64,000 nucleotides of DNA from Armatimonadota bacterium. Its GTDB lineage: Bacteria; Armatimonadota; Fimbriimonadia; Fimbriimonadales; GBS-DC. The notes under the pieces were generated by a model. It saw nothing but the letters and a program-made list of their open reading frames with translations. It did no database searches and had not been told where the DNA came from. Position numbers and translations under genes: made by a program. The stretch lies in NCBI GenBank assembly GCA_037445735.1, contig JBBIJY010000001.1, positions 63,883 to 127,882 on the forward strand. Direction: 5' to 3'. Below are positions 9,555-20,243 of the stretch, in pieces (positions within the stretch are counted from its first letter, which is position 1; each line of letters starts with the position of its first letter).

Positions 9555-10574
9555 ATGATCGTTGTGATGCAACCGGGGGCAACCCCCGAACAGGTTCGCG
9601 ATGTGGAAGAGCGACTGCGCCAGTTCGGGTTCGACATCCACCCGATCTATGGCGTGGAGCGCACCGTGATCGCGGCAGTCGGCGCACCCGAACTGGACCG
9701 CAACGAAGCCAAAGAACAGCTCGAATCGCTGCCATGGGTGGAACAGGTCACCCTGGTGCTGAAGCCCTACAAGTTTGTCTCAAAAAAGTTTCGCGAACGC
9801 ACGATTGTGGAGGTGAACGGACTGCCGATAGGGGGCGAGCTGTTCGTGGTGATGGCAGGTCCCTGCACGGTGGAGAGCGAGGAACAACTCCTCAAAACGG
9901 CGCAGGCGGTGCATCAGGCGGGCGCCCACATCCTGCGCGGCGGCGCATTCAAACCCAGCACCAGCCCCTACTCCTTTCACGGCATGGGACGCACCGCGCT
10001 CGAACTGCTCCAGCAGGCACGCGAACTCACAGGCATGCCCGTCATCACCGAAGTGATGGACCCCCGCATGGTCGCCCTGGTCTGCGACTATGCCGACATC
10101 CTGCAGATTGGCACGCGCAATATGCAGAACTACGACCTGCTGCGCGAGGTGGGGCAGACGCGCAAACCCGTGATGCTCAAGCGCGGCATGTGGGCAACCT
10201 ATGAAGAGTGGCTGCAGGCTGCCGAATACATCTGGCTGGGCGGCAACGAGCAAATTATTCTGTGTGAGCGGGGCATCCGCACCTATGAAACCTATACGCG
10301 CAACACGCTCGATTTAAACGCTGTGCCCGCCATCCGCGAGCTGTCGCACCTGCCGATTATCGTCGACCCGAGCCATGGCACGGGTCGCGCCTCACTGGTG
10401 CCCGCGATGACCCGCGCCGCGCTGGCAGCAGGCGCAGACGGCGTGATCATCGAGGTGCATCCCGATCCCGCCCGCGCACTCAAGGACGGCGCCCAGTCGC
10501 TGACACCCGACGCCTTCCGCGAACTGATGCGCACGCTCCGACCGCTCGCCGAAGTGATGGAACGCCGACTCTGA
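9555..10574 (+). CDS. aroF: 3-deoxy-7-phosphoheptulonate (DAHP) synthase, type I-beta with N-terminal ferredoxin-like regulatory domain (intact copy)
   Basis: In-frame ATG at 9555 preceded by GGGAGG (9541-9546). Motifs [33 protein letters not shown] and IVDPSHGTG. The ~80-aa N-terminal extension resembles that of Thermotoga-type DAHPS. Confidence 0.9.
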   Translation: MIVVMQPGATPEQVRDVEERLRQFGFDIHPIYGVERTVIAAVGAPELDRNEAKEQLESLPWVEQVTLVLKPYKFVSKKFRERTIVEVNGLPIGGELFVVMAGPCTVESEEQLLKTAQAVHQAGAHILRGGAFKPSTSPYSFHGMGRTALELLQQARELTGMPVITEVMDPRMVALVCDYADILQIGTRNMQNYDLLREVGQTRKPVMLKRGMWATYEEWLQAAEYIWLGGNEQIILCERGIRTYETYTRNTLDLNAVPAIRELSHLPIIVDPSHGTGRASLVPAMTRAALAAGADGVIIEVHPDPARALKDGAQSLTPDAFRELMRTLRPLAEVMERRL

Positions 10575-10613
10575 TGGCGGGAAAGCACCGCCAGAGCGCG
10601 AATCGGGTTCCTG

Positions 10614-11654
10614 ATGGACACCCTGGTGCAGGAAGCGATTGAACAGCGCGTCTTTCCCGGCGCGGTGTGCGCCGCATTAATGGGCGGGCGCATCCGCTAT
10701 CAGAACGCATGGGGCACAACCGACCCCGACAGCCCGACCGCCACGAGCGCCAGCACCCTCTATGACCTCGCCTCGCTCACCAAGCCGCTGGCGACCGCCA
10801 CGCTCACCCTGCTGGCGCTGGAAGAAGGCAGGCTCACCCTGGAAACGCCCCTCACACGCTTCTTTGCGGGCGCGAAGCATCTGCAGGGGATCACAATTCG
10901 CCACCTGCTAACCCACACATCGGGGCTGCCTGCCTGGAAGCCGCTCTACCGCGAGGCGCAGGGGCGCACCGCCGTCGTCGAAGCCGTCCTGCAAACCCCA
11001 CTGCAGCGACTGCCCGGCACAGGCTACACCTACAGCGATCTGGGCTACATCCTGCTCGGCGCCATCCTGGAGCAGGTGTACGAGCGCTCGCTGAGGGAAC
11101 TGTTTCAGGCGCGGGTGGCGGAGCCGCTGGGCATGGGCAGCACAGGCTTCGTCCCGCCCGCCGACTGGCAGCCTCGCATCGCGCCCACCGCCAACTCCGA
11201 ATCGCGCGAGGGGCAAATCCTGCGCGGCGAGGTGCATGACGAGAACGCGCACGCGATGGAGGGCGTCGCCGGACACGCCGGGCTGTTCGGCACCCTCGAA
11301 GATTTAATCCGATTCGCCCTCATGATCCTGCGCGGCGGGCGACCCCTGCTCTCCTACTATTCGGTGCAGGCGTTCCTGAACCCGCAGGTGCAGATTGGTC
11401 AGCAGCCGCCGGGAATGCATACGCTGGCGCTGTTCGCACATCCGAACCCCCTGCTGCCGCGCGGCGACCTGTTCCCGACACGCTGTGTGGGGCATTCGGG
11501 CTTCACGGGCACACTGATGCTGTTCGACCCGCAAACCGAACTGGCGGTGATCGTGTTGACCAACCATGTCTACTATTCGCGCGAGAAAGATTCCTATCTG
11601 GACTATCGGCGGCGGCTGCTGAACGCGCTGGCTGCCCATATCGGTGAGGTATAG
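10614..11654 (+). CDS. Serine hydrolase, beta-lactamase-related (S12-like) family
   Basis: ORF 10614..11654. SxxK motif (ASLTKP), YSD (TYSDLGY) and HSG (GHSGFTG) triad elements. Confidence 0.8.
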   Translation: MDTLVQEAIEQRVFPGAVCAALMGGRIRYQNAWGTTDPDSPTATSASTLYDLASLTKPLATATLTLLALEEGRLTLETPLTRFFAGAKHLQGITIRHLLTHTSGLPAWKPLYREAQGRTAVVEAVLQTPLQRLPGTGYTYSDLGYILLGAILEQVYERSLRELFQARVAEPLGMGSTGFVPPADWQPRIAPTANSESREGQILRGEVHDENAHAMEGVAGHAGLFGTLEDLIRFALMILRGGRPLLSYYSVQAFLNPQVQIGQQPPGMHTLALFAHPNPLLPRGDLFPTRCVGHSGFTGTLMLFDPQTELAVIVLTNHVYYSREKDSYLDYRRRLLNALAAHIGEV

Positions 11655-11670
11655 GAGGTACAATCGCGCT

Positions 11671-12969
11671 ATGCGTGCATGGCGAACGATCCGCTGGCTG
11701 AGCGTCTGGCTGCTGATTGTCAGCAGCGTCAGCGCGGTTTCGGAGCCGGTGCTGTGGGGCATCACGCTCAGCGAATACGCGCTGCGTCGGGAACAGTTAC
11801 GTGAGCGCGCGGGCGAGCAGGCAATCATCGTGGCGGGCGAATCCGCCACCCCCGTGCGCCTCAGGTTCCGTCAGGACAGCAACTTCATGTATCTCACAGG
11901 CGTGGAGGCGCCCGGTGCAGTGCTGGTGCTGCTGCCTGATAAGAGCCTACTGAACGCGGGTGAGGTGCTGTTTTTGCGGGAGCAGTCGCCCGTCGCGCGC
12001 CTTTTTGACGGCGAACTGCCCGCGCCCGACGAACGCACCCGGCGCATGACGGGCATCGAGTCGGTGCGCTCCAGCCGCGAGCTGCAGGAGTTCCTGAAAC
12101 AGCTCGCGCAAACGCACCCGAAAATCCTGCTCAATCGGCTGGCACGCAACGCGGGGCTGGACCAACTCTTGCGCGAAGCCAATCCACAGGTTCAGCTGGG
12201 CAATGTAGAGCCATTGATTTTTGCGCTGCGCAGCCGCAAATCGCCCGCCGAGCTGCGCCTGATTCGCGCCGCCATCAACGCCACCATCGAAGCGCATCGG
12301 GCAACGGCGCGCACCGTCGCGCCCGGCGTGCATGAGTATGAGCTGGAGGCGGTCATTCAGGCGGCGTTCCGACGACACGGCTCCGAACGCGACGCCTTCC
12401 CCTGCATCGTCGGCTCCGGACCCAACAGCTGCATTCTGCACTATAATGCGAACCGCCGGCGCATGCAGGCGGGCGAGCTGGTGGTGGTGGACATCGGTGC
12501 AGAATACAGCTACTACGCTGCGGACATCACACGCACCTATCCCGTGTCGGGCAGGTTCACCCCCCGCCAGCGCGAACTCTATCGAGCCGTGCTGGCAGCC
12601 CAGAAAGCCGCCGAACGCGCCGCCAGACCCGGCATCACTTTGCGCGAGCTGGACCGCATCGCCCGCGAGAGCCTGCGCAACGCGCCCCTGCGCGCCCGAG
12701 ACACCGACGGCAAAGAGTACACACTGGATCACTTCTTCCGACACGGGCTGGGACACTCGCTGGGAATGGATGTGCATGACCCCGAAACAGGTCAGCCCCT
12801 CCAGCCCGGCGCCGTGTTCACAATCGAACCCGGCATCTACATCCCCACCGAGAACATCGGCATCCGCATCGAAGACGACTACCTGATGACCGAGCGCGGG
12901 GTCATCAAGCTGAGCGCAGCGTTGCCCTCCGAACCCGATGCCATCGAACGCATGATGAAACGCCGTTAG
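11671..12969 (+). CDS. Xaa-Pro aminopeptidase (M24B family), with signal peptide
   Basis: ATG 11671 lies downstream of AGGAGG (11653-11658); the ORF-track start at 11644 is a GTG overlapping the upstream gene. Motifs VVDIGAEYSYYAADITRT, HGLGHSLGMDVHD, EPGIY and IRIEDD. Confidence 0.8.
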   Translation: MRAWRTIRWLSVWLLIVSSVSAVSEPVLWGITLSEYALRREQLRERAGEQAIIVAGESATPVRLRFRQDSNFMYLTGVEAPGAVLVLLPDKSLLNAGEVLFLREQSPVARLFDGELPAPDERTRRMTGIESVRSSRELQEFLKQLAQTHPKILLNRLARNAGLDQLLREANPQVQLGNVEPLIFALRSRKSPAELRLIRAAINATIEAHRATARTVAPGVHEYELEAVIQAAFRRHGSERDAFPCIVGSGPNSCILHYNANRRRMQAGELVVVDIGAEYSYYAADITRTYPVSGRFTPRQRELYRAVLAAQKAAERAARPGITLRELDRIARESLRNAPLRARDTDGKEYTLDHFFRHGLGHSLGMDVHDPETGQPLQPGAVFTIEPGIYIPTENIGIRIEDDYLMTERGVIKLSAALPSEPDAIERMMKRR

Positions 12970-13011
12970 CGGGTATCATCAGAGCATCTTTTTGCCTCAG
13001 GGAGGAGAACC

Positions 13012-14931
13012 ATGCGAACAGGATGGATAGTGTTGCTTGGGCTGATATTAAGCGTGCCGTTCGGAACAGCGCAGCAAAGTGAAGAAGATTTGCGCCAGCA
13101 CTGGGCATATCAGGCGATAGAGCAGTTGCAGCGACTGGGCATTTTAGAGGGTTATCCCGACGGTTCGTTCCGTCCCGATCGTCCGCTGACCCGCGCGGAG
13201 TTCGCGCAGGCGGTGTCGCGCGCCTATCGCGTGATTGATGAACGGCTGCGCAACCTGCAGCGGCGGGTGGAAACCTTCGTTACGCCCGCGCCGCCAACCC
13301 TGCCCACCGATGAGGCACGCCAGCGACGCATCCAGCGACTGGAAGAGGCAGTTCAGGAACTCAAAAAGCTCCAGGAAGTGGTGCAGACGCTGGAGCGACT
13401 GATGCCGATGGTGCGCACCGATATCGACATGCGCAGCGAGCAGGTCAGCACGCTGAAAGAGGAGCTGCAGGCGCTCCAGCAGCGACTGGAACAGCTCACC
13501 GCACGCTTCTCGTGGCAGGGCGACCTCACCTTCGGCGGCTACTCCACCCACAGCTTCGACGGACGCAGCGCGTTCACCCTCAACGGCAACCCCATAAACC
13601 CCTCTGGCAGGTTCCTGCAGAGCGACGCCTTCGTTCAGGAGCTGGCGCTGACCGTTCAGGGGCGCGCGAACGAGCGGGTGTCCGGTAAAGCCACCCTCAT
13701 CATCGGCAACTACCTCTCCTACCTGCGCAGCCCCACCCGTAACGCCGATTCGTTCCACAGTGCGCCTGCCCCGTTCCTGCTGCAGAGCAACACCGATTTC
13801 GCCCTCTGGGAAGCCTACATTCAGACCACACTGCCCCTGTTCGGGCGACAGGTCGAAGTCACGCTGGGGCGACTGCCGCTGCGCTTCACACCCTACACCC
13901 TGCAACGAATCGACCCCGATATCTATCTGGATGTCCCGCGCTATGATGATGGCGCGTTCCGGGTGGATGGCGTGCTGTTCGGCACAGGCGGCGACCGCTA
14001 TCGGCTGAACCTGTTCGCAGCCAGCGTGCATCGGCGTCGCTCCGCGGTGGCGCAGGCGTCGCAAATCTTCTTCGCCAACCACAACGCCTCCGTCTCCGCG
14101 CCCGCCGACCAGATAATCGGCTTGCGAACGGAGTACAGGGCGGTGCGGGGCGAGGAAAATTTCGTCAATATCGGGCTGACCCTCTTCGCAGCGGGCATCG
14201 GCAGGGGCAACACCTTCCGCCACCTGACTAACCCAACGCAACCCGCTGACCGCGTGGATGTGCTGGGGCTGGATGCCAGCGGGCGATGGAGCAACATCCG
14301 ATTCGGGCTGGAATACGCCCAGAGCGTCGTCTATGAGGGCGATAACCGCCGTGTCGCACGGAACAACACTGCCTTCGATGCCTATGCCGAGTACGACTTC
14401 AGCGATCGACTCGGCGGGCGACTGGGCTACCGCGAAATCATGCCCTTCTTTATCGCGCCCGGCAATTGGGGACGAATCGGCTACCTCTATAACCCATCCG
14501 ACATCAAGGGCAGCTACCTGAACCTGCGCTATAAGGCATCCGAACGCCTGAACGCATCGCTGGCTGCAGCGTTCTACACGGGCACTGCCCGACTTCGACT
14601 GCCCCAGCGCGGCTACTTTAGCAGCGATAAGCTCAACCGCTATCAGCTCGATGTCAGCTATCAGATCAACCCGCGCTGGCAACTGAAAGTGAGCTATGAG
14701 AATGTCGCCTGGCGCATCCGTAGCTTCGTGTTCGGCGGAGCGCGCGGCAGCCCCGAATGGAACTATCTCACCCTGCAACTGAGCTACAATCTGGGCGAGA
14801 ACGCCGCGCTGAACATCCTGTACCAGTTCATCGATGCGAACGGCAAGGGCGTGCCGCAACTGAGCGGCGGTCCAGGCGCAACAGGCAACCGTGCGGGCGT
14901 TGCAGCAACCACCCTGCGCGTGCAGTTCTGA
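13012..14931 (+). CDS. SLH domain - coiled coil - beta-barrel outer membrane protein (OmpM/Slp-like OM tether/porin)
   Basis: Signal peptide, then an SLH motif (WAYQAIEQLQRLGILEGYPDGSFRPDRPLTRAEFAQAV), then heptad-rich residues ~90-160, then alternating beta-strand-like sequence ending in a C-terminal ...TLRVQF (terminal Phe typical of OM barrels). Confidence 0.75.
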   Translation: MRTGWIVLLGLILSVPFGTAQQSEEDLRQHWAYQAIEQLQRLGILEGYPDGSFRPDRPLTRAEFAQAVSRAYRVIDERLRNLQRRVETFVTPAPPTLPTDEARQRRIQRLEEAVQELKKLQEVVQTLERLMPMVRTDIDMRSEQVSTLKEELQALQQRLEQLTARFSWQGDLTFGGYSTHSFDGRSAFTLNGNPINPSGRFLQSDAFVQELALTVQGRANERVSGKATLIIGNYLSYLRSPTRNADSFHSAPAPFLLQSNTDFALWEAYIQTTLPLFGRQVEVTLGRLPLRFTPYTLQRIDPDIYLDVPRYDDGAFRVDGVLFGTGGDRYRLNLFAASVHRRRSAVAQASQIFFANHNASVSAPADQIIGLRTEYRAVRGEENFVNIGLTLFAAGIGRGNTFRHLTNPTQPADRVDVLGLDASGRWSNIRFGLEYAQSVVYEGDNRRVARNNTAFDAYAEYDFSDRLGGRLGYREIMPFFIAPGNWGRIGYLYNPSDIKGSYLNLRYKASERLNASLAAAFYTGTARLRLPQRGYFSSDKLNRYQLDVSYQINPRWQLKVSYENVAWRIRSFVFGGARGSPEWNYLTLQLSYNLGENAALNILYQFIDANGKGVPQLSGGPGATGNRAGVAATTLRVQF

Positions 14932-14967
14932 CCTCCCTTCAGGGGGAGGGGGTATGGGTGAGGGGGC
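14932..14967. repeat. GC-rich palindromic element (reverse orientation), directly after the stop codon
   Basis: cctccc-ttcagg-gggagg hairpin followed by gggtatgggtgagggggc (reverse complement of the CCCTCACCC box). It fills most of the 48-nt gap before cysS. Confidence 0.65.
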
Positions 14968-14979
14968 ATTTCAGGTATC

Positions 14980-16422
14980 ATGCCCGTACCTATGAGCGAG
15001 CTGCGCATCTACAACACACTGACGCGCCAGGAAGAGGTGTTCACACCGCGCGAGGCGGGCAGAGTCAGCATCTACGCCTGCGGGCTGACCCCCCAGGCGC
15101 CCGCCCATGTCGGACACATGCGCGGCGTGATCGTCATGGACATCGTGCAACGCTGGTTCGAACAGCTCGGCTACGAAGTGAACTTCGTGCAGAACTTCAC
15201 CGACATCGACGACAAAATCATTCGCCGCGCTCAGGAAGAAGGCATCAGCACGCAGGAGGTCGCCGAAAAGTACAGCCGCATGTATATTGAGGACGCGCAG
15301 GCACTGGGCGTGCGCCTGCCCCGATTCGTGAAGGTCACCGAGCATATGCCCGACATCATCGAGATGGTGCAGCGCCTCGTGGAGTACGGCTACGCCTATG
15401 TGGTCGATGGCGATGTCTACTTCTCCGTCGAGAAGTTCCCCGGCTATGGCAAGCTGTCGGGGCGCAGCCTCGACGAGATGAAGGCGGGCGCGCGCGTGGA
15501 AGTGGACGAACGCAAGCGCAACCCGCTCGATTTCGCATTGTGGAAAGCTGCCAAGCCCGGTGAACCCGCATGGGACAGCCCCTGGGGACCAGGGCGCCCC
15601 GGCTGGCACATCGAATGCTCCACGCTCAGCCTGAAATATCTCGGTGCAGCGTTCGATATCCACGCAGGCGGAATGGACCTTATCTTCCCTCACCACGAGA
15701 ACGAGATCGCGCAGTCGGAAGCCTATCTGCGCTGCGAGAAGCCCTTCGTGCGCTACTGGCTGCACTGGGGTCCCGTGCGCCTCAAGGAGCAGAAGATGTC
15801 GAAGTCGACGGGCGTGTTCGTGCCGATCCGCGAGCTGCGCCAGCAGTACGAGCCAGCGGTCATCCGGCTGTTTCTGCTGTCGGTCGCCTATCGCACGCCC
15901 CTGGAGTTCGCCTATGAGCGGCTGGAAGAATCGAAGTCCGCGCTGGAGCGGGTGCGCACGGCGGTTCAGCGTGCCCGCGCCCTGCTGCGCACGCTGCCAC
16001 AACCCCCTGAACCCAACGAGAGCGTCGCCCAGCCCTACAAAGCGCAGTTTACCGACGCGATGAACAGCGATTTCAACACGGCGCAGGCGCTGGCGGTCGC
16101 CTTCGAACTGGTGCGTGAACTGAATCAGCACCTCAGCGATTCCGAAAGCGCGGGCGTCGCAGCGCAGGCACCCGCGCTCGCCGCCCTGCTGAACACCCTG
16201 CAATGGATGATGGAGACAGTGCTGGGCATCCCGCTCACGCGAGCGGAATCCATCGAAAGCGAGCTGCTCGATTCACTGATGGCGCGCGTGATCGAGTGGC
16301 GCCAGCAGCTGCGCGAGCGCAAACTGTTCGATCTGGCAGACCGCATTAGAGATGACCTCAAAGCGCTGGGCATCCTGCTGGAGGACACCCCCCAGGGCAC
16401 GCTCTGGCGCCGCAAAGAGTAA
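14980..16422 (+). CDS. cysS: Cysteine--tRNA ligase
   Basis: ORF 14980..16422. HIGH-type motif (PAHVGHMRG), KMSKS present (KMSKSTG), and the characteristic CGLTP / WHIECS segments. Confidence 0.95.
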   Translation: MPVPMSELRIYNTLTRQEEVFTPREAGRVSIYACGLTPQAPAHVGHMRGVIVMDIVQRWFEQLGYEVNFVQNFTDIDDKIIRRAQEEGISTQEVAEKYSRMYIEDAQALGVRLPRFVKVTEHMPDIIEMVQRLVEYGYAYVVDGDVYFSVEKFPGYGKLSGRSLDEMKAGARVEVDERKRNPLDFALWKAAKPGEPAWDSPWGPGRPGWHIECSTLSLKYLGAAFDIHAGGMDLIFPHHENEIAQSEAYLRCEKPFVRYWLHWGPVRLKEQKMSKSTGVFVPIRELRQQYEPAVIRLFLLSVAYRTPLEFAYERLEESKSALERVRTAVQRARALLRTLPQPPEPNESVAQPYKAQFTDAMNSDFNTAQALAVAFELVRELNQHLSDSESAGVAAQAPALAALLNTLQWMMETVLGIPLTRAESIESELLDSLMARVIEWRQQLRERKLFDLADRIRDDLKALGILLEDTPQGTLWRRKE

Positions 16423-16423
16423 A

Positions 16424-16466
16424 CCCCCTCTCCCACAGCGTGGGAGAGGGGGCAGGGGGTGAGGGA
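16424..16466. repeat. GC-rich palindromic element filling the gap between convergent cysS and the MFS gene
   Basis: ccccctctcccac-agc-gtgggagaggggg, which is the exact reverse complement of the 6501-6529 hairpin, followed by cagggggtgaggg (box in reverse orientation). Confidence 0.8.
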
Positions 16467-17813
<1,347 letters not shown>

Positions 17814-17885
17814 CGTTGCACCTCCCGTGTGGAGTTGATTTTCGCGGCATGGTGCAGATTTCCTGTCGCTTTACAAACGCGCTTT

Positions 17886-20243
17886 TCAGATGAGGCTAAC
17901 TGTCAGCAGCCAGCTTTCGAGGGTGGGCGGGGCGTGGTGCAGCCAGCGCAGGCGCGGATGGCGCGGCATCGCGTTCAACACTATCTGGATGGCGGAGCCG
18001 TAGTCGCCATAGGTGTAGGCTCGCAGCGCGTCGGATAGATCGGGCAACTCGCGCAGGCGCGGTGCCAGCGCCCGCTCGATGAGCCGATCACGGTGCATCT
18101 CGTCGGCGGTCAGCAGCGCATACAGCACCTCCTCCCGCTGAAGCAGGTGAGCAATCGCGAGCGCAATCTGCTGACGCGCCAGCGGCGAGCTGCTGCGCCC
18201 CAGCGCCTCCAGCAATAACGGGATGTCATCCATGCTCCCGTGCCGTGCGAGCGCACGGGTTAGTGCGGGCAAAACCGCCGGCGATGCCTCCGCCCGCAAC
18301 TGGCGGCGCAATCGGTCTGCCAGGCTCGGATCGGGCGGCAGATTCGCCAGCGCAACGGCTGACTCGGCACGCACCTCTGCATGAGGCGACTGCAGGTATT
18401 CCGCCAGCGCGGTTCCCAGCTCGGCAAGTGAGATGCCCGCTTCGCCCGCCTGTGGAATCAGCGTACCCATCGCTTCGATGATGCGCGACTGCTCCAGCGG
18501 TCCTGGCGACTGGCGCAGCCGCTGGAGCAGGGCAGGAAGCACCGTTGCATCACCCAGCTGACGCAACGCCTGCACGACCGCAAGGCGCGTTTCAATAGCG
18601 TCGGCTTGCAGCAGGGGCAGCAGATGGGGCACAACGCGCGGGTCGCCTATCTTGCCCAGTGCCTCGACACATTCGGGCACAATATCGCTGGTGGGGTCGG
18701 TCAGCATCTGCAGCAGGGCGGGGATAGCGCGGGGGTCACCGATTGCGCCGAGCGCCCGCGCCGCCTCACGCCGCACCGCGCCCGACGGGTCGCGCAGCGC
18801 ATGCACCAGCTCCTCCACTGCCAGCGCGGTCTTCTGCTCCGCCAGCGTGCGAATGGCGTGCAGGCGACTGGTCTCATCCGCACGGCGGCGCAGCTGGCGC
18901 ATCGCCAGCCAGCCGCGCGGACGCACCGACGAGCGCAACCGCTGCACCACATAGCGCGTGGGCATCCCCTCTGGCTCATGCACCCGCGCCAGCCACGGCA
19001 ACGAGAGCAGCCGAAACAGCGACGCACCACCAAACAGCACATAAAATCGATACGGGTCCGCCACCAGCGGGCGCATCAGCTCCATCAGCGTGCCACTCAG
19101 CAGTGTCGCCAGCCCGCCCACCGTCGCCACCACCGCCGATAGCGCACCCATATACAGCGCCCGCTGCTCCGCTGGCGCCACCGCCACATTCAGATTAAAC
19201 TGCGTCAAGCCCACACCCGCCCAGAAGAAACCCGCCAGCACCTGAATGCCCATAATCACGCCCACGCTCCACCCATAACGCTCGGGATGAGTCAGCAACC
19301 ACAACCACGGCAGAAACACCACACCCCCCGCCGCCAAAAACAGCAACGGGCGATTGCCGAACTTGTCCGCCAGATAGCCCCATAACGGCATGCTCGCACT
19401 GCTGAACAGCGCCGCCACCAGACCCGCCATCTGAACCATCAGGTAGGGCATCCGTATCTGCTCCAGCATATAGACCGTGAAGAACTGCCCCGCAAACATC
19501 TGCCCGAACACGAAGGTGATGTTAAACATCAACAGATGGCGGAAGTTGGGACTGCGGAACGGCTCCCGATAGAACGCCATCAGCCCGCGCAGACCCCGCT
19601 GTGGCGACGGCTCGCGCGGCACCTCCGGCATCCGCGAGAGCGACCAGAGCGACAGAAACAGGCAGAGCGCACCCAGCGCGAACAGCACCGCGAACCCATA
19701 TTCGGGTGGGAAGCGGTGGTGCTCCACCGCCTGATCCAGAAACAGCGCGGGAGGCAACGCCGCCGCAGCCGACACCAGCCCCAGAATCATGTTCCGCCTG
19801 CCAAAGTAGCGCCCCCGCTGATCGGGCGGCACCAGATCGGTCAACCACGCCAGAAACGCCGGCGCCGCGATAGAACCGAACACCGCCGAGAGAATCAGCA
19901 GCGCGACGAACAGCTCCTTGCGGGGCAGAGGCGCATCCAGAAGCGGCAACGATGCAATCGCCACCCACGGCAGGCGCGACCAGAACGCATAGCGCAGCAC
20001 CAGCCTGCGCCGACTGGGCGCCACATCCGCCAGGTACGCCGCCAGAAACTGGATCGCGCCCGTGAGCGCGGGCACAGCGGTAATCACGCCCAACCAGAAG
20101 TCGTTCGCGCCCAGCAACCGCGCCAACCCTATCTGGAACGCGCCCCCTGTCAACGCCACATACAGCGTGAAGAAGACCGCATCCCAGTTCGCCCAGCGTA
20201 AACCCCGCAGCACCTCCAGACGCGAGAGCCGCTCCCCCTTCAT
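17886..20243 (-). CDS. MFS transporter fused to a C-terminal HEAT-repeat (PBS-lyase-like) domain
   Basis: The N-terminal ~420 aa contain multiple TM segments. The C-terminal ~350 aa contain repeated ..ALRDPSGAVRREAARALGAIGDPRAIPALLQML.. HEAT-like units. Confidence 0.8.
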   Translation of the reverse strand: MKGERLSRLEVLRGLRWANWDAVFFTLYVALTGGAFQIGLARLLGANDFWLGVITAVPALTGAIQFLAAYLADVAPSRRRLVLRYAFWSRLPWVAIASLPLLDAPLPRKELFVALLILSAVFGSIAAPAFLAWLTDLVPPDQRGRYFGRRNMILGLVSAAAALPPALFLDQAVEHHRFPPEYGFAVLFALGALCLFLSLWSLSRMPEVPREPSPQRGLRGLMAFYREPFRSPNFRHLLMFNITFVFGQMFAGQFFTVYMLEQIRMPYLMVQMAGLVAALFSSASMPLWGYLADKFGNRPLLFLAAGGVVFLPWLWLLTHPERYGWSVGVIMGIQVLAGFFWAGVGLTQFNLNVAVAPAEQRALYMGALSAVVATVGGLATLLSGTLMELMRPLVADPYRFYVLFGGASLFRLLSLPWLARVHEPEGMPTRYVVQRLRSSVRPRGWLAMRQLRRRADETSRLHAIRTLAEQKTALAVEELVHALRDPSGAVRREAARALGAIGDPRAIPALLQMLTDPTSDIVPECVEALGKIGDPRVVPHLLPLLQADAIETRLAVVQALRQLGDATVLPALLQRLRQSPGPLEQSRIIEAMGTLIPQAGEAGISLAELGTALAEYLQSPHAEVRAESAVALANLPPDPSLADRLRRQLRAEASPAVLPALTRALARHGSMDDIPLLLEALGRSSSPLARQQIALAIAHLLQREEVLYALLTADEMHRDRLIERALAPRLRELPDLSDALRAYTYGDYGSAIQIVLNAMPRHPRLRWLHHAPPTLESWLLTVSLI

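Larger units (their letters stand above)
7028..9931. repeat. Tandem duplication unit, copy 2 (2,904 bp), directly abutting copy 1
   Basis: Same as copy 1, at an offset of exactly 2904 nt. No spacer and no obvious microhomology at the 7027/7028 junction. Confidence 0.95.

Noticed and set aside
4124-9931. Transposon- or IS-mediated origin of the duplication
   Set aside because: There is no transposase, no terminal inverted repeats and no target-site duplication. The two copies abut directly, which fits replication- or recombination-type tandem duplication or an assembly artefact.
13144-14859. 571-aa ORF on the minus strand
   Set aside because: Antisense to the SLH/beta-barrel gene, which has a signal peptide, an SLH motif and a C-terminal Phe. 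The antisense product has no recognisable features.
14971-16203. 410-aa ORF on the minus strand
   Set aside because: Antisense to cysS (HIGH and KMSKS motifs present on the plus strand).
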